From assembly GCA_964016885.1 (NCBI GenBank), contig CAXHJY010000096.1, positions 1,550,001 through 1,614,000 of the forward strand: a DNA stretch of 64,000 nt, given 5' to 3'. The stretch's first letter is position 1, and each line of letters opens with the position of its first letter. The stretch comes from Eledone cirrhosa. Taxonomy: Eukaryota. The position numbers and the translations under genes are program-made. The notes beneath the pieces are model-generated. The model was given only the letters and a program-made list of their open reading frames with translations. It was not told where the DNA came from and did no database searches. Positions 52,701-64,000 of this stretch are shown piece after piece.

Positions 52701-55700
52701 AAAAAAATCAAGGGGAGATAATTTGCAGCCGTCCAAGGGGAGATAATTTTCAGTCGTCCAAGGAGAGGTAATTTCTAGCCGTCCAAGGGGAGATAATTGC
52801 CAGCCGTCCAAGGGGAGATAATTTCCAGCCGTCCAAGGGGAGATAATTTTTTTTAAAAAATCAGGCGGAGATAATTTGTAAAAAAAATCAGGGGGAGATA
52901 ATTTGTAAACAAAATCAGGGGGAGATAATTTGTAAAAAAAAATCAGGGGGAGATAATTTGTAAAAAAAATCATGGAGAGATAATTTCCAGCCGTCCAAGG
53001 TGAGATAATTTCCAGCCGTCCAAGGAGACATATTTTCCAGCCGTCCAAGGCGAGGTAATTTCTAGCCGTCCAAGGGGAGATAAATTCCAGCCTCCAAGGG
53101 GAGATAATTTCCAGCTAGCCAAGTGGAGATAATTTGTAAAAAAATCAGGGGGAGATAATTTGTAAAAAATATCAGGGAGATAATTTGTAAAAAAAAATCA
53201 GGGGGAGATAATTTGTAAAAAAAATCAGGGGGAGATAATTTGTAAAAAAAAATCAGGGGGAGATAATTTGTAAAAAAAATCAAGGGGAGATAATTTCCAG
53301 CCGTCCAAGGGGAGATAATTTTCAGCCGTCCAAGGGGAGATAATTTCCCGCCAGCCAAGGGAAGATAATATTTAAAAAAATCAGGCGGAGATAATTTGTA
53401 AAAAAAATCAGGGGGAGATAATTTGTAAAAAAATCAGGGGGAGATAATTTGAAAAAAAAAAATCAGGGGGAGATAATTTGTAAAAAAAATCAGGGGGAGA
53501 TAATTTGTAAAAAAAAATCAGGGATAGATAATTTGTAAACAAAAATCAGGGGGAGATAATTTGTAAAAAAAAATCAGGGGGAGATAATTTGTAAAAAAAA
53601 TGAAAGGGGAGATAATATCCAGCCGTCCAAGGGGAGATAATTTCCAGCCGTCCAAGGGGATATAATTTCCAGCCGTCCAAGGGGAGATAATTTCCATCCT
53701 TCCAAGGGGATATAATTTCCAGCCGTCCAAGGGGAGATAATTTCCCGCCAGCCAAGGGAAGATAATTTTTAAAAAAATCAGGCGGAGATTGTAAAAAAAA
53801 TCAGGGGGGAGATAATTTGTAAAAAAATCAGGGGGAGATAATTTGTAAAAAATAATCAGGGGGAGATAATTTGTAAAAAAATTCAAGGGGAGATAATTTC
53901 CAGCCGTCCAAGGGGAGATAATTTCCCGCCAGCCAAGGGAAGATAATATTTAAAAAAATTAGGCGGAGATAATTTGTAAAAAAAATCAGGTGGAGATAAT
54001 TTGTAAAAAAATCAGGGGGAGATAATTTGTAAAAAAAATCAGGGGGAGATAATTTGTAAAAAAAATCATGGGGAGATAATTTGTAAAAAAAAATCAGGAG
54101 TAGATAATTTGTAAAAAAAAATCAGGGGGAGATAATTTGTAAAAAAAAATCAGGGGGAGATAATTTGTAAAAAAAATCAAGGGGAGATAATATCCAGCCG
54201 TCCAAGGAGAGATAATTTTAAAAAAAAATGAGGCGGAGATAATTTGTAAAAAAAAAATCAGGGGGAGTTAATTTGTAAAAAAAAATGAGGGGGAGATAAT
54301 TTGTAAAAAAAATCAAGGGGAGATAATTTCCAGCCGTCCAAGGGGAGATAATTTTCAGCCGTCCAAGGAGAGGTAATTTCTAGCCGTCCAAGGGGAGATA
54401 ATTTCCAGCCGTCCAAGGGGAGGTAATTTCCAGCCGTCCAAGGGGAGATAATTTTAAAAAAAAAATCACGCGGAGATAATTTGTAAAAAAAATCAAGGGG
54501 AGATAATTTGCAGCCGTCCAAGGGGAGATAATTTTCAGTCGTCCAAGGAGAGGTAATTTCTAGCCGTCCAAGGGGAGATAATTTCCAGCCGTCCAAGGGG
54601 AGATAATTTCCAGCCGTCCAAGGGGAGATAATTTTTTTTAAAAAATCAGGCGGAGATAATTTGTAAAAAAAATCAGGGGGAGATAATTTGTAAACAAAAT
54701 CAGGGGGAGATAATTTGTAAAAAAAAATCAGGGGGAGATAATTTGTAAAAAAAATTAGGCGTAGATAATTTGTAAAAAAAAATCAGGGGGAGATAATTTG
54801 TAAAAAAAAATCAGGGGGAGATAATTTGTTTAAAAAATCAAGGGGAGATAATTTGCAGCCGTCCAAGGGGAGATAATTTTCAGCCGTCCAAGGAGAGGTA
54901 ATTTCTAGCCGTTCAAGGGGAGATAATTTCCAGCCGTCCAAGGGGAGATAATTTCCAGCCGTCCAAGGGGAGATAATTTTTTTTAAAAAATCAGGCGGAG
55001 ATAATTTGTAAAAAAAAATCAGGGGGAGATAATTCGTAAAAAAAAATCAGGGGGAGATAATTTGTAAAAAAAAATCAGGGGGAGATAATTTGTAAAAAAA
55101 ATCAAGGGGAGATAATTTCCAGCCGTCCAAGGGGAGGTAATATCTAGCCGTCCAAGGGGAGATAATTTCCAGCCGTCCAAGGGGAGATAATTTCCAGCCG
55201 TCCAAGGGGAGATAATTTCCAGCCGTCCAAGGAGACATATTTTCCAGCCGTCCAAGGCGAGGTAATTTCTAGCCGTCCAAGGGGAGATTAATTCCAGCCT
55301 CCAAGGGGAGATAATTTCCAGCCAGCCAAGGGGAGATAATTTGTAAAAAAATCAGGGGGAGATAATTTGTAAAAAATATCAGGGAGATAATTTGTAAAAA
55401 AAAATCAGGGGGAGATAATTTGTAAAAAAAATCAGGGGGAGATAATTTGTAAAAAAAAATCAGGGGGAGATAATTTGTAAAAAAAATCAAGGGGAGATAA
55501 TTTCCAGCCGTCCAAGGGGAGATAATTTTCAGCCGTCCAAGGAGAGGTAATTTCTAATCCGTCCGAGGAGAGATAATTTCCAGCCGTCCAAGGGGAGATA
55601 ATTTCCAGCCGTCCAAGGGGAGATAATTTCCAGCCGTCCAAGGAGACATATTTTCCAGCCGTCCAAGGAGAGGTAATTTCTAGCCGTCCAAGGGGAGATA

Positions 55701-58700
55701 AATTCCAGCCTCCAAGGGGAGATAATTTCCAGCCAGCCAAGGGGAGATAATTTGTAAAAAAATCAGGGGGAGATAATTTGCAAAAAAAATCAGGGGGAGA
55801 TAATTTGGAAAAAAAATCAGGGGGAGATAATTTGTAAAAAATAATCAGGGGGAGATAATTTCCAGCCGTCCAAGGGAAGATAATTTCCAGCCCTCCAAGG
55901 GGCTATAATTTCCAGTGTCCAAGGGGAGATAATTTCCAGCCAGCGAAGGGGAGATAATTTTTTTTAAAAAATCATTGGGAGATTTGTAAAAAAAATCAGG
56001 GGGAGATAATTTGTAAAAAAAATCAAGGGGAGATAATTTCCAGCCGTCCAAGGGGAGGTAATATCTAGCCGTCCAAGGGTAGATAATTTCCAGCCGTCCA
56101 ACGGGAGATAATTTCCAGCCGTCCAAGGGTAGATAATATCCAGCCGCCCAAGGACATATTTTCCAGCCGTCCAAGGCGAGGTAATTTCTAGCCGTCCAAG
56201 GGGAGATAATTTCCAGCCGTCCAAGGGTAGATAATATCCAGCCGTCCAAGGACATATTTTCCAGCCGTCCAAGGAGAGGTAATTTCTAGCCGTCCAAGGG
56301 GAGATAAATTCCAGCCTCCAAGGGGAGATAATTTCCAGCCAGCCAAGGGGAGATAATTTGTAAAAAAATCAGGGGGAGATAATTTGTAAAAAAAATCAGG
56401 GGGAGATAATTTGTAAAAAAAAATCAGGGGGAGATAATTTGTAAAAAAAAATCAGGGTGAGATAATTTGCAAAAAAAATCAGGGGGAGATAATTTGTAAA
56501 AAAAAATCAGGGGTAGATAATTTGTAAAAAAAAATCAGGGGGAGATAATTTGTAAAAAAAAATCAGGGGGAGATAATTTGTAAAAAAAATCAAGGGGAGA
56601 TAATTTCCAGCCGTCCAAGGAGAGATAATTTAAAAAAAAATCAGGCGGAGATAATTTGTAAAAAAAAATCAGGGGGAGATAATTTGTAAAAAAAATCAGG
56701 GGGAGATAATTTGTAAAAAAAAATCAGGGGTAGATAATTTGTAAAAAAAAATCAGGGGGAGATAATTTGTAAAAAAAAATCAGGAGGAGATAATTTGTAA
56801 AAAAAATCAAGGGGAGATAATTTCCAGCCGTCCAAGGAGAGATAATTTAAAAAAAAATCAGGCGGAGATAATTTGTAAAAAAAAATCAGGGGGAGATAAT
56901 TTGTAAAAAAAAATCAGGGGGAGATAATTTGTAAAAAAAATCAAGGGGAGATAATTTCCAGCTGTCCAAGGGGAGATAATTTTCAGCCGTCCAAGGGGAG
57001 ATAATTTCCAGCCAGCGAAGGGGAGATAATTTTTTTTAAAAAATCATTGGGAGATTTGTAAAAAAAATCAGGGGGAGATAATTTCCAGCCGTCCAAGGAG
57101 AGATAATTTAAAAAAAAATCAGGGGGAGATAATTTGTAAAAAAAAATCAGGGGGAGATAATTTGTAAAAAAAATCAAGGGGAGATAATTTCCAGCCGTCC
57201 AAGGGGAGGTAATATCTAGCCGTCCAAGGGGAGATAATTTCCAGCCGTCCAAGGGGAGATAATTTCCAGCCGTCCCAGGGTAGATAATATCCAGCCGCCC
57301 AAGGACATATTTTCCAGCCGTCCAAGGAGAGGTAATTTCTAGCCGTCCAAGGGGAGATAAATTCCAGCCTCCAAGGGGAGATAATTTCCAGCCAGCCAAG
57401 GGGAGATAATTTGTAAAAAAATCAGGGGGAGATAATTTGTAAAAAAAATCAGGGGGATATAATTTGTAAAAAAAAATCAGGGGGAGATAATTTGTAAAAA
57501 AAAATCAGGGGGAGATAATTTGCAAAAAAAATCAGGGGGAGATAATTTGTAAAAAAAAATCAGGGGTAGATAATTTGTAAAAAAAAATCAGGGGGAGATA
57601 ATTTGTAAAAAAAAATCAGGGGGAGATAATTTGTAAAAAAAATCAAGGGGAGATAATTTCCAGCCGTCCAAGGAGAGATAATTTTAAAAAAAATCAGGCG
57701 GAGATAATTTGTAAAAAAAAATCAGGGGGAGATAATTTGTAAAAAAAATCAGGGGGAGATAATTTGTAAAAAAAAATCAGGGGTAGATAATTTGTAAAAA
57801 AAAATCATGGGGAGATAATTTGTAAAAAAAAATCAGGGGGAGATAATTTGTAAAAAAAATCAAGGGGAGATAATTTCCAGCCGTCCAAGGAGAGATAATT
57901 TTAAAAAAAATCAGGCGGAGATAATTTGTAAAAAAAAATTAGGGGGAGATAATTTGTAAAAAAAAATCAGGGGGAGATAATTTGTAAAAAAAATCAAGGG
58001 GAGATAATTTCCAGCCGTCCAAGGGGAGATAATTTTCAGCCGTCCAAGGGGAGATAATTTCCCGCCAGCCAAGGGAAGATAATATTCAAAAAAATCAGGC
58101 GGAGATAATTTGTAAAAAAAATCAGGGGGAGATAATTTGTAAAAAAATCAGGGGGAGATAATTTGTAAAAAAAAAAATCAGGGGGAGATAATTTGTAAAA
58201 AAAATCAGGGGGAGATAATTTGTAAAAAAAAATCAGGGGTAGATAATTTGTAAAAAAAAATCAGGGGGAGATAATTTGTAAAAAAAAATCAGGGGGAGAT
58301 AATTTGTAAAAAAAATGAAAGGGGAGATAATATCCAGCCGTCCAAGGGGAGATAATTTCCAGCCGTCCAAGGGGAGATAATTTCCAGCCGTCCAAGGGGA
58401 GATAATTTCCATCCTTCCAAGGGGATATAATTTCCAGCCGTCCAAGGGGAGATAATTTCCATCCTTCCAAGGGGATATAATTTCCAGCCGTCCAAGGGGA
58501 GATAATTTTCAGCCGTCCAAGGAGAGGTAATTTCTAGCCGTCCAAGGAGAGATAATTTCCAGCCGTCCAAGGGGAGATAATTTCCAGCCGTCCAAGGGGA
58601 GATAATTTCCAGCCGTCCAAGGAGACATATTTTCCAGCCGTCCAAGGAGAGGTAATTCCTAGCCGTCCAAGGGGAGATAAATTCCAGCCTCCAAGGGGAG

Positions 58701-61700
58701 ATAATTTCCAGCCAGCCAAGGGGAGATAATTTGTAAAAAAAATCAGGGGGAGATAATTTGTAAAAAAAATCAGGGGGAGATAATTTGTAAAAAAAAATCA
58801 GGGGGAGATAATTTGTAAAAAATAATCAGGGGGAGATAATTTGTAAAAAAAATCAAGGGGAGATAATTTCCAGCCGTCCAAGGGGAGATAATTTTCAGCC
58901 GTCCAAGGGGAGATAATTTCCCGCCAGCCAAGGGAAGATAATATTTAAAAAAATTAGGCGGAGATAATTTGTAAAAAAAATCAGGGGGAGATAATTTGTA
59001 AAAAAATCAGGGGGAGATAATTTGTAAAAAAAATCAGGGGGAGATAATTTGTAAAAAAAATCAGGGGGAGATAATTTGTAAAAAAAAATCAGGGGGAGAT
59101 AATTTGTAAAAAAAATCAAGGGGAGATAATTTCCAGCCGTCCAAGGGAAGATAATTTCCAGCCCTCCAAGGGGCTATAATTTCCAGCGTCCAAGGGGAGA
59201 TAATTTCCAGCCAGCGAAGGGGAGATAATTTTTTTTAAAAAATACTTGGGAGATTTGTAAAAAAAATCAGGGGGAGATAATTTGTAAAAAAAATCAAGGG
59301 GAGATAATTTCCAGCCGTCCAAGGGGAGGTAATATCTAGCCGTCCAAGGGGAGATAATTTCCAGCCGTCCAAGGGGAGATAATTTCCAGCCGTCCAAGGG
59401 TAGATAATATCCAGCCGTCCAAGGACATATTTTCCAGCCGTCCAAGGAGAGGTAATTTCTAGCCGTCCAAGGGGAGATAAATTCCAGCCTCCAAGGTGAG
59501 ATAATTTCCAGCCAGCCAAGGGGAGATAATTTGTAAAAAAAATCAGGGGGAGATAATTTGTAAAAAAAAATCAGGGGGAGATAATTTGTAAAAAAAAATC
59601 AGGGGGAGATAATTTGTAAAAAAAAATCAGGGGGAGATAATTTGTAAAAAAATCAAGGGGAGATAATTTCCAGCCGTCCAAGGGGAGATAATTTTCAGCC
59701 GTCCAAGGGGAGATAATTTCCCGCCAGCCAAGGGAAGATAATATTTGAAAAAATCAGGCGGAGATAATTTGTAAAAAAAATCAGGGGGAGATAATTTGTA
59801 AAAAAATCAGGGGGAGATAATTTGTAAAAAAAAAATCAGGGGGAGATAATTTGTAAAAAGAATCAGGGGGAGATAATTTGTAAAAAAAAATCAGGGGTAG
59901 ATAAATTGTAAAAAAAAATCAGGGGGAGATAATTTGTAAAAAAAATGAAAGGGGAGATAATATCCAGCCGTCCAAGGGGAGATAATTTCCAGCCGTCCAA
60001 GGGGAGATAATTTCCAGCCGTCCAAGGGGAGATAATTTCCATCCTTCCAAGGGGATATAATTTCCAGCCGTCCAAGGGGAGATAATTTCCCGCCAGCCAA
60101 GGGAAGATAATTTTTAAAAAAATCAGGCGGAGATTGTAAAAAAAATCAGGGGGGAGATAATTTGTAAAAAAATCAGGGGGAGATAATTTGTAAAAAAAAA
60201 TCAGGGGGAGATAATTTGTAAAAAATATTCAGGGGGAGATAATTTGTAAAAAAAAATCAAGGGGAGATAATTTCCAGCCGTCCAAGGGGAGATAATTTCC
60301 CGCCAGCCAAGGGAAGATAATATTTAAAAAAATTAGGCGGAGATAATTTGTAAAAAAAATCAGGGGGAGATAATTTGTAAAAAAATCAGGGGGAGATAAT
60401 TTGTAAAAAAAATCAGGGGGAGATAATTTGTAAAAAAATTCATGGGGAGATAATTTGTAAAAAAAAATCAGGGGTAGATAATTTGTAAAAAAAAATCAGG
60501 GGGAGATAATTTGTAAAAAAAAATCAGGGGGAGATAATTTGTAAAAAAAATCAAGGGGAGATAATTTCCAGCCGTCCAAGGGGAGATAATTTTCAGCCGT
60601 CCAAGGAGAGGTAATTTCTAGCCGTCCAAGGGGAGATAATTTCCAGCCGTCCAAGGGGAGGTAATTTCCAGCCGTCCAAGGGGAGATAATTTAAAAAAAA
60701 AAATCAGGCGGAGATAATTTGTAAAAAAAATCAAGGGGAGATAATTTGCAGCCGTCCAAGGGGAGATAATTTTCAGTCGTCCAAGGAGAGGTAATTTCTA
60801 GCCGTCCAAGGGGAGATAATTGCCAGCCGTCCAAGGGGAGATAATTTCCAGCCGTCCAAGGGGAGATAATTTTTTTTAAAAAATCAGGCGGAGATAATTT
60901 GTAAAAAAAATCAGGGGGAGATAATTTGTAAACAAAATCAGGGGGAGATAATTTGTAAAAAAAAATCAGGGGGAGATAATTTGTAAAAAAAATCATGGAG
61001 AGATAATTTCCAGCCGTCCAAGGTGAGATAATTTCCAGCCGTCCAAGGAGACATATTTTCCAGCCGTCCAAGGCGAGGTAATTTCTAGCCGTCCAAGGGG
61101 AGATAAATTCCAGCCTCCAAGGGGAGATAATTTCCAGCTAGCCAAGTGGAGATAATTTGTAAAAAAATCAGGGGGAGATAATTTGTAAAAAATATCAGGG
61201 AGATAATTTGTAAAAAAAAATCAGGGGGAGATAATTTGTAAAAAAAATCAGGGGGAGATAATTTGTAAAAAAAAATCAGGGGGAGATAATTTGTAAAAAA
61301 AATCAAGGGGAGATAATTTCCAGCCGTCCAAGGGGAGATAATTTTCAGCCGTCCAAGGGGAGATAATTTCCCGCCAGCCAAGGGAAGATAATATTTAAAA
61401 AAATCAGGCGGAGATAATTTGTAAAAAAAATCAGGGGGAGATAATTTGTAAAAAAATCAGGGGGAGATAATTTGTAAAAAAAAAATCAGGGGGAGATAAT
61501 TTGTAAAAAAAATCAGGGGGAGATAATTTGTAAAAAAAAATCAGGGATAGATAATTTGTAAACAAAAATCAGGGGGAGATAATTTGTAAAAAAAAATCAG
61601 GGGGAGATAATTTGTAAAAAAAATGAAAGGGGAGATAATATCCAGCCGTCCAAGGGGAGATAATTTCCAGCCGTCCAAGGGGATATAATTTCCAGCCGTC

Positions 61701-64000
61701 CAAGGGGAGATAATTTCCATCCTTCCAAGGGGATATAATTTCCAGCCGTCCAAGGGGAGATAATTTCCCGCCAGCCAAGGGAAGATAATTTTTAAAAAAA
61801 TCAGGCGGAGATTGTAAAAAAAATCAGGGGGGAGATAATTTGTAAAAAAATCAGGGGGAGATAATTTGTAAAAAATAATCAGGGGGAGATAATTTGTAAA
61901 AAAATTCAAGGGGAGATAATTTCCAGCCGTCCAAGGGGAGATAATTTCCCGCCAGCCAAGGGAAGATAATATTTAAAAAAATTAGGCGGAGATAATTTGT
62001 AAAAAAAATCAGGGGGAGATAATTTGTAAAAAAATCAGGGGGAGATAATTTGTAAAAAAAATCAGGGGGAGATAATTTGTAAAAAAAATCATGGGGAGAT
62101 AATTTGTAAAAAAAAATCAGGGGTAGATAATTTGTAAAAAAAAATCAGGGGGAGATAATTTGTAAAAAAAAATCAGGGGGAGATAATTTGTAAAAAAAAT
62201 CAAGGGGAGATAATATCCAGCCGTCCAAGGAGAGATAATTTAAAAAAAAAATGAGGCGGAGATAATTTGTAAAAAAAAAATCAGGGGGAGTTAATTTGTA
62301 AAAAAAAATGAGGGGGAGATAATTTGTAAAAAAAATCAAGGGGAGATAATTTCCAGCCGTCCAAGGGGAGATAATTTTCAGCCGTCCAAGGAGAGGTAAT
62401 TTCTAGCCGTCCAAGGGGAGATAATTTCCAGCCGTCCAAGGGGAGGTAATTTCCAGCCGTCCAAGGGGAGATAATTTAAAAAAAAAATCAGGCGGAGATA
62501 ATTTGTAAAAAAAATCAAGGGGAGATAATTTGCAGCCGTCCAAGGGGAGATAATTTTCAGTCGTCCAAGGAGAGGTAATTTCTAGCCGTCCAAGGGGAGA
62601 TAATTTCCAGCCGTCCAAGGGGAGATAATTTCCAGCCGTCCAAGGGGAGATAATTTTTTTTAAAAAATCAGGCGGAGATAATTTGTAAAAAAAATCAGGG
62701 GGAGATAATTTGTAAACAAAATCAGGGGGAGATAATTTGTAAAAAAAAATCAGGGGGAGATAATTTGTAAAAAAAATTAGGCGTAGATAATTTGTAAAAA
62801 AAAATCAGGGGGAGATAATTTGTAAAAAAAAATCAGGGGGAGATAATTTGTTTAAAAAATCAAGGGGAGATAATTTGCAGCCGTCCAAGGGGAGATAATT
62901 TTCAGCCGTCCAAGGAGAGGTAATTTCTAGCCGTTCAAGGGGAGATAATTTCCAGCCGTCCAAGGGGAGATAATTTCCAGCCGTCCAAGGGGAGATAATT
63001 TTTTTTTAAAAATCAGGCGGAGATAATTTGTAAAAAAAATCAGGGGGAGATAATTCGTAAAAAAAAATCAGGGGGAGATAATTTGTAAAAAAAAATCAGG
63101 GGGAGATAATTTGTAAAAAAAATCAAGGGGAGATAATTTCCAGCCGTCCAAGGGGAGGTAATATCTAGCCGTCCAAGGGGAGATAATTTCCAGCCGTCCA
63201 AGGGGAGATAATTTCCAGCCGTCCAAGGGGAGATAATTTCCAGCCGTCCAAGGAGACATATTTTCCAGCCGTCCAAGGCGAGGTAATTTCTAGCCGTCCA
63301 AGGGGAGATTAATTCCAGCCTCCAAGGGGAGATAATTTCCAGCCAGCCAAGGGGAGATAATTTGTAAAAAAATCAGGGGGAGATAATTTGTAAAAAATAT
63401 CAGGGAGATAATTTGTAAAAAAAAATCAGGGGGAGATAATTTGTAAAAAAAATCAGGGGGAGATAATTTGTAAAAAAAAATCAGGGGGAGATAATTTGTA
63501 AAAAAAATCAAGGGGAGATAATTTCCAGCCGTCCAAGGGGAGATAATTTTCAGCCGTCCAAGGAGAGGTAATTTCTAACCGTCCGAGGAGAGATAATTTC
63601 CAGCCGTCCAAGGGGAGATAATTTCCAGCCGTCCAAGGGGAGATAATTTCCAGCCGTCCAAGGAGACATATTTTCCAGCCGTCCAAGGAGAGGTAATTTC
63701 TAGCCGTCCAAGGGGAGATAAATTCCAGCCTCCAAGGGGAGATAATTTCCAGCCAGCCAAGGGGAGATAATTTGTAAAAAAATCAGGGGGAGATAATTTG
63801 CAAAAAAAATCAGGGGGAGATAATTTGTAAAAAAAATCAGGGGGAGATAATTTGTAAAAAATAATCAGGGGGAGATAATTTCCAGCCGTCCAAGGGAAGA
63901 TAATTTCCAGCCCTCCAAGGGGCTATAATTTCCAGTGTCCAAGGGGAGATAATTTCCAGCCAGCGAAGGGGAGATAATTTTTTTTAAAAAATCATTGGGA

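Larger units (their letters stand above)
1..64000 (+). repeat. Complex two-monomer tandem satellite array (25-bp type A plus ~27-bp type B), extending beyond both window edges
   Basis: Every part of the window parses into units beginning with (A/G)GGGGAGATAATTT followed by either CCAGCCGTCCA or GT(A)nTCA. All units lie in one orientation and I saw no non-repeat insert. Confidence 0.99.
22150..64000 (+). repeat. Large higher-order repeat domain, about six units of 6.5-10.6 kb
   Basis: The marker GAGTTAATTTG...ATGAGGGGG occurs at 23011, 29559, 36873, 43714, 54267 and 62290 (spacings 6548, 7314, 6841, 10553, 8023). ORF offsets include 6812 (23748/30560, 25666/32478), 7314/7289 and 10553/10578. 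Confidence 0.9.

Noticed and set aside
744-63760. All minus-strand ORFs (60-182 aa) as protein-coding genes
   Set aside because: They overlap in all three frames, mostly start at TTG inside monomers, are broken by A-tract length changes and simply translate the repeat. I recognise no domain.
1-64000. CRISPR-like repeat-spacer array (constant core plus variable spacer)
   Set aside because: The core is only about 13 bp, the spacers are 11-16 bp and fall into two recurring classes instead of being unique, and there is no leader or cas gene.
1-64000. Telomeric repeat tract
   Set aside because: A G-rich strand bias exists and some yeasts have ~25-bp telomere units. However, two monomer types with kb-scale higher-order duplication over more than 64 kb indicate recombination-driven satellite and not telomerase synthesis.
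1-64000. Sequencing or assembly artefact (concatemer or noisy homopolymers)
   Set aside because: Private variants and A-tract length patterns recur consistently in nested duplications, as expected of a real evolving array. The exact order of higher-order units still needs read validation.

Overview
The whole 64 kb window is one uninterrupted head-to-tail satellite array with no unique sequence, no inversions and no credible genes. It is built from two related monomers that share the core GGGGAGATAATTT. Type A is AGGGGAGATAATTTCCAGCCGTCCA (25 bp, about 52% GC, contains a CpG). Type B is GGGGGAGATAATTTGT(A7-11)TCA (26-30 bp, modal 27-28, about 30% GC, consensus CpG-free). Roughly 2,400-2,500 monomers (estimated from length) alternate as A-blocks (1 to about 17 units) and B-blocks (1 to about 10 units), with stereotyped variant monomers at the block boundaries. 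The blocks form nested higher-order repeats: a ~2 kb rhythm at 1-22 kb (exact 1,986-bp tandem pair at the start), ~6.5-10.6 kb units at 22-64 kb, and long-range duplications at offsets of 10.6, 11.5-12.1, 15.2 and 18.0 kb. All listed ORFs are minus-strand by-products of the repeat. The most notable signals are the two-letter block grammar with asymmetric junctions, TnAm tracts whose T/A boundary slides while total length stays fixed, A-tract length patterns conserved between copies, a GATA site (AGATAA) in almost every monomer, and several readable unequal-crossover events. The organism and function (for example centromeric or heterochromatic) cannot be determined from the sequence alone.
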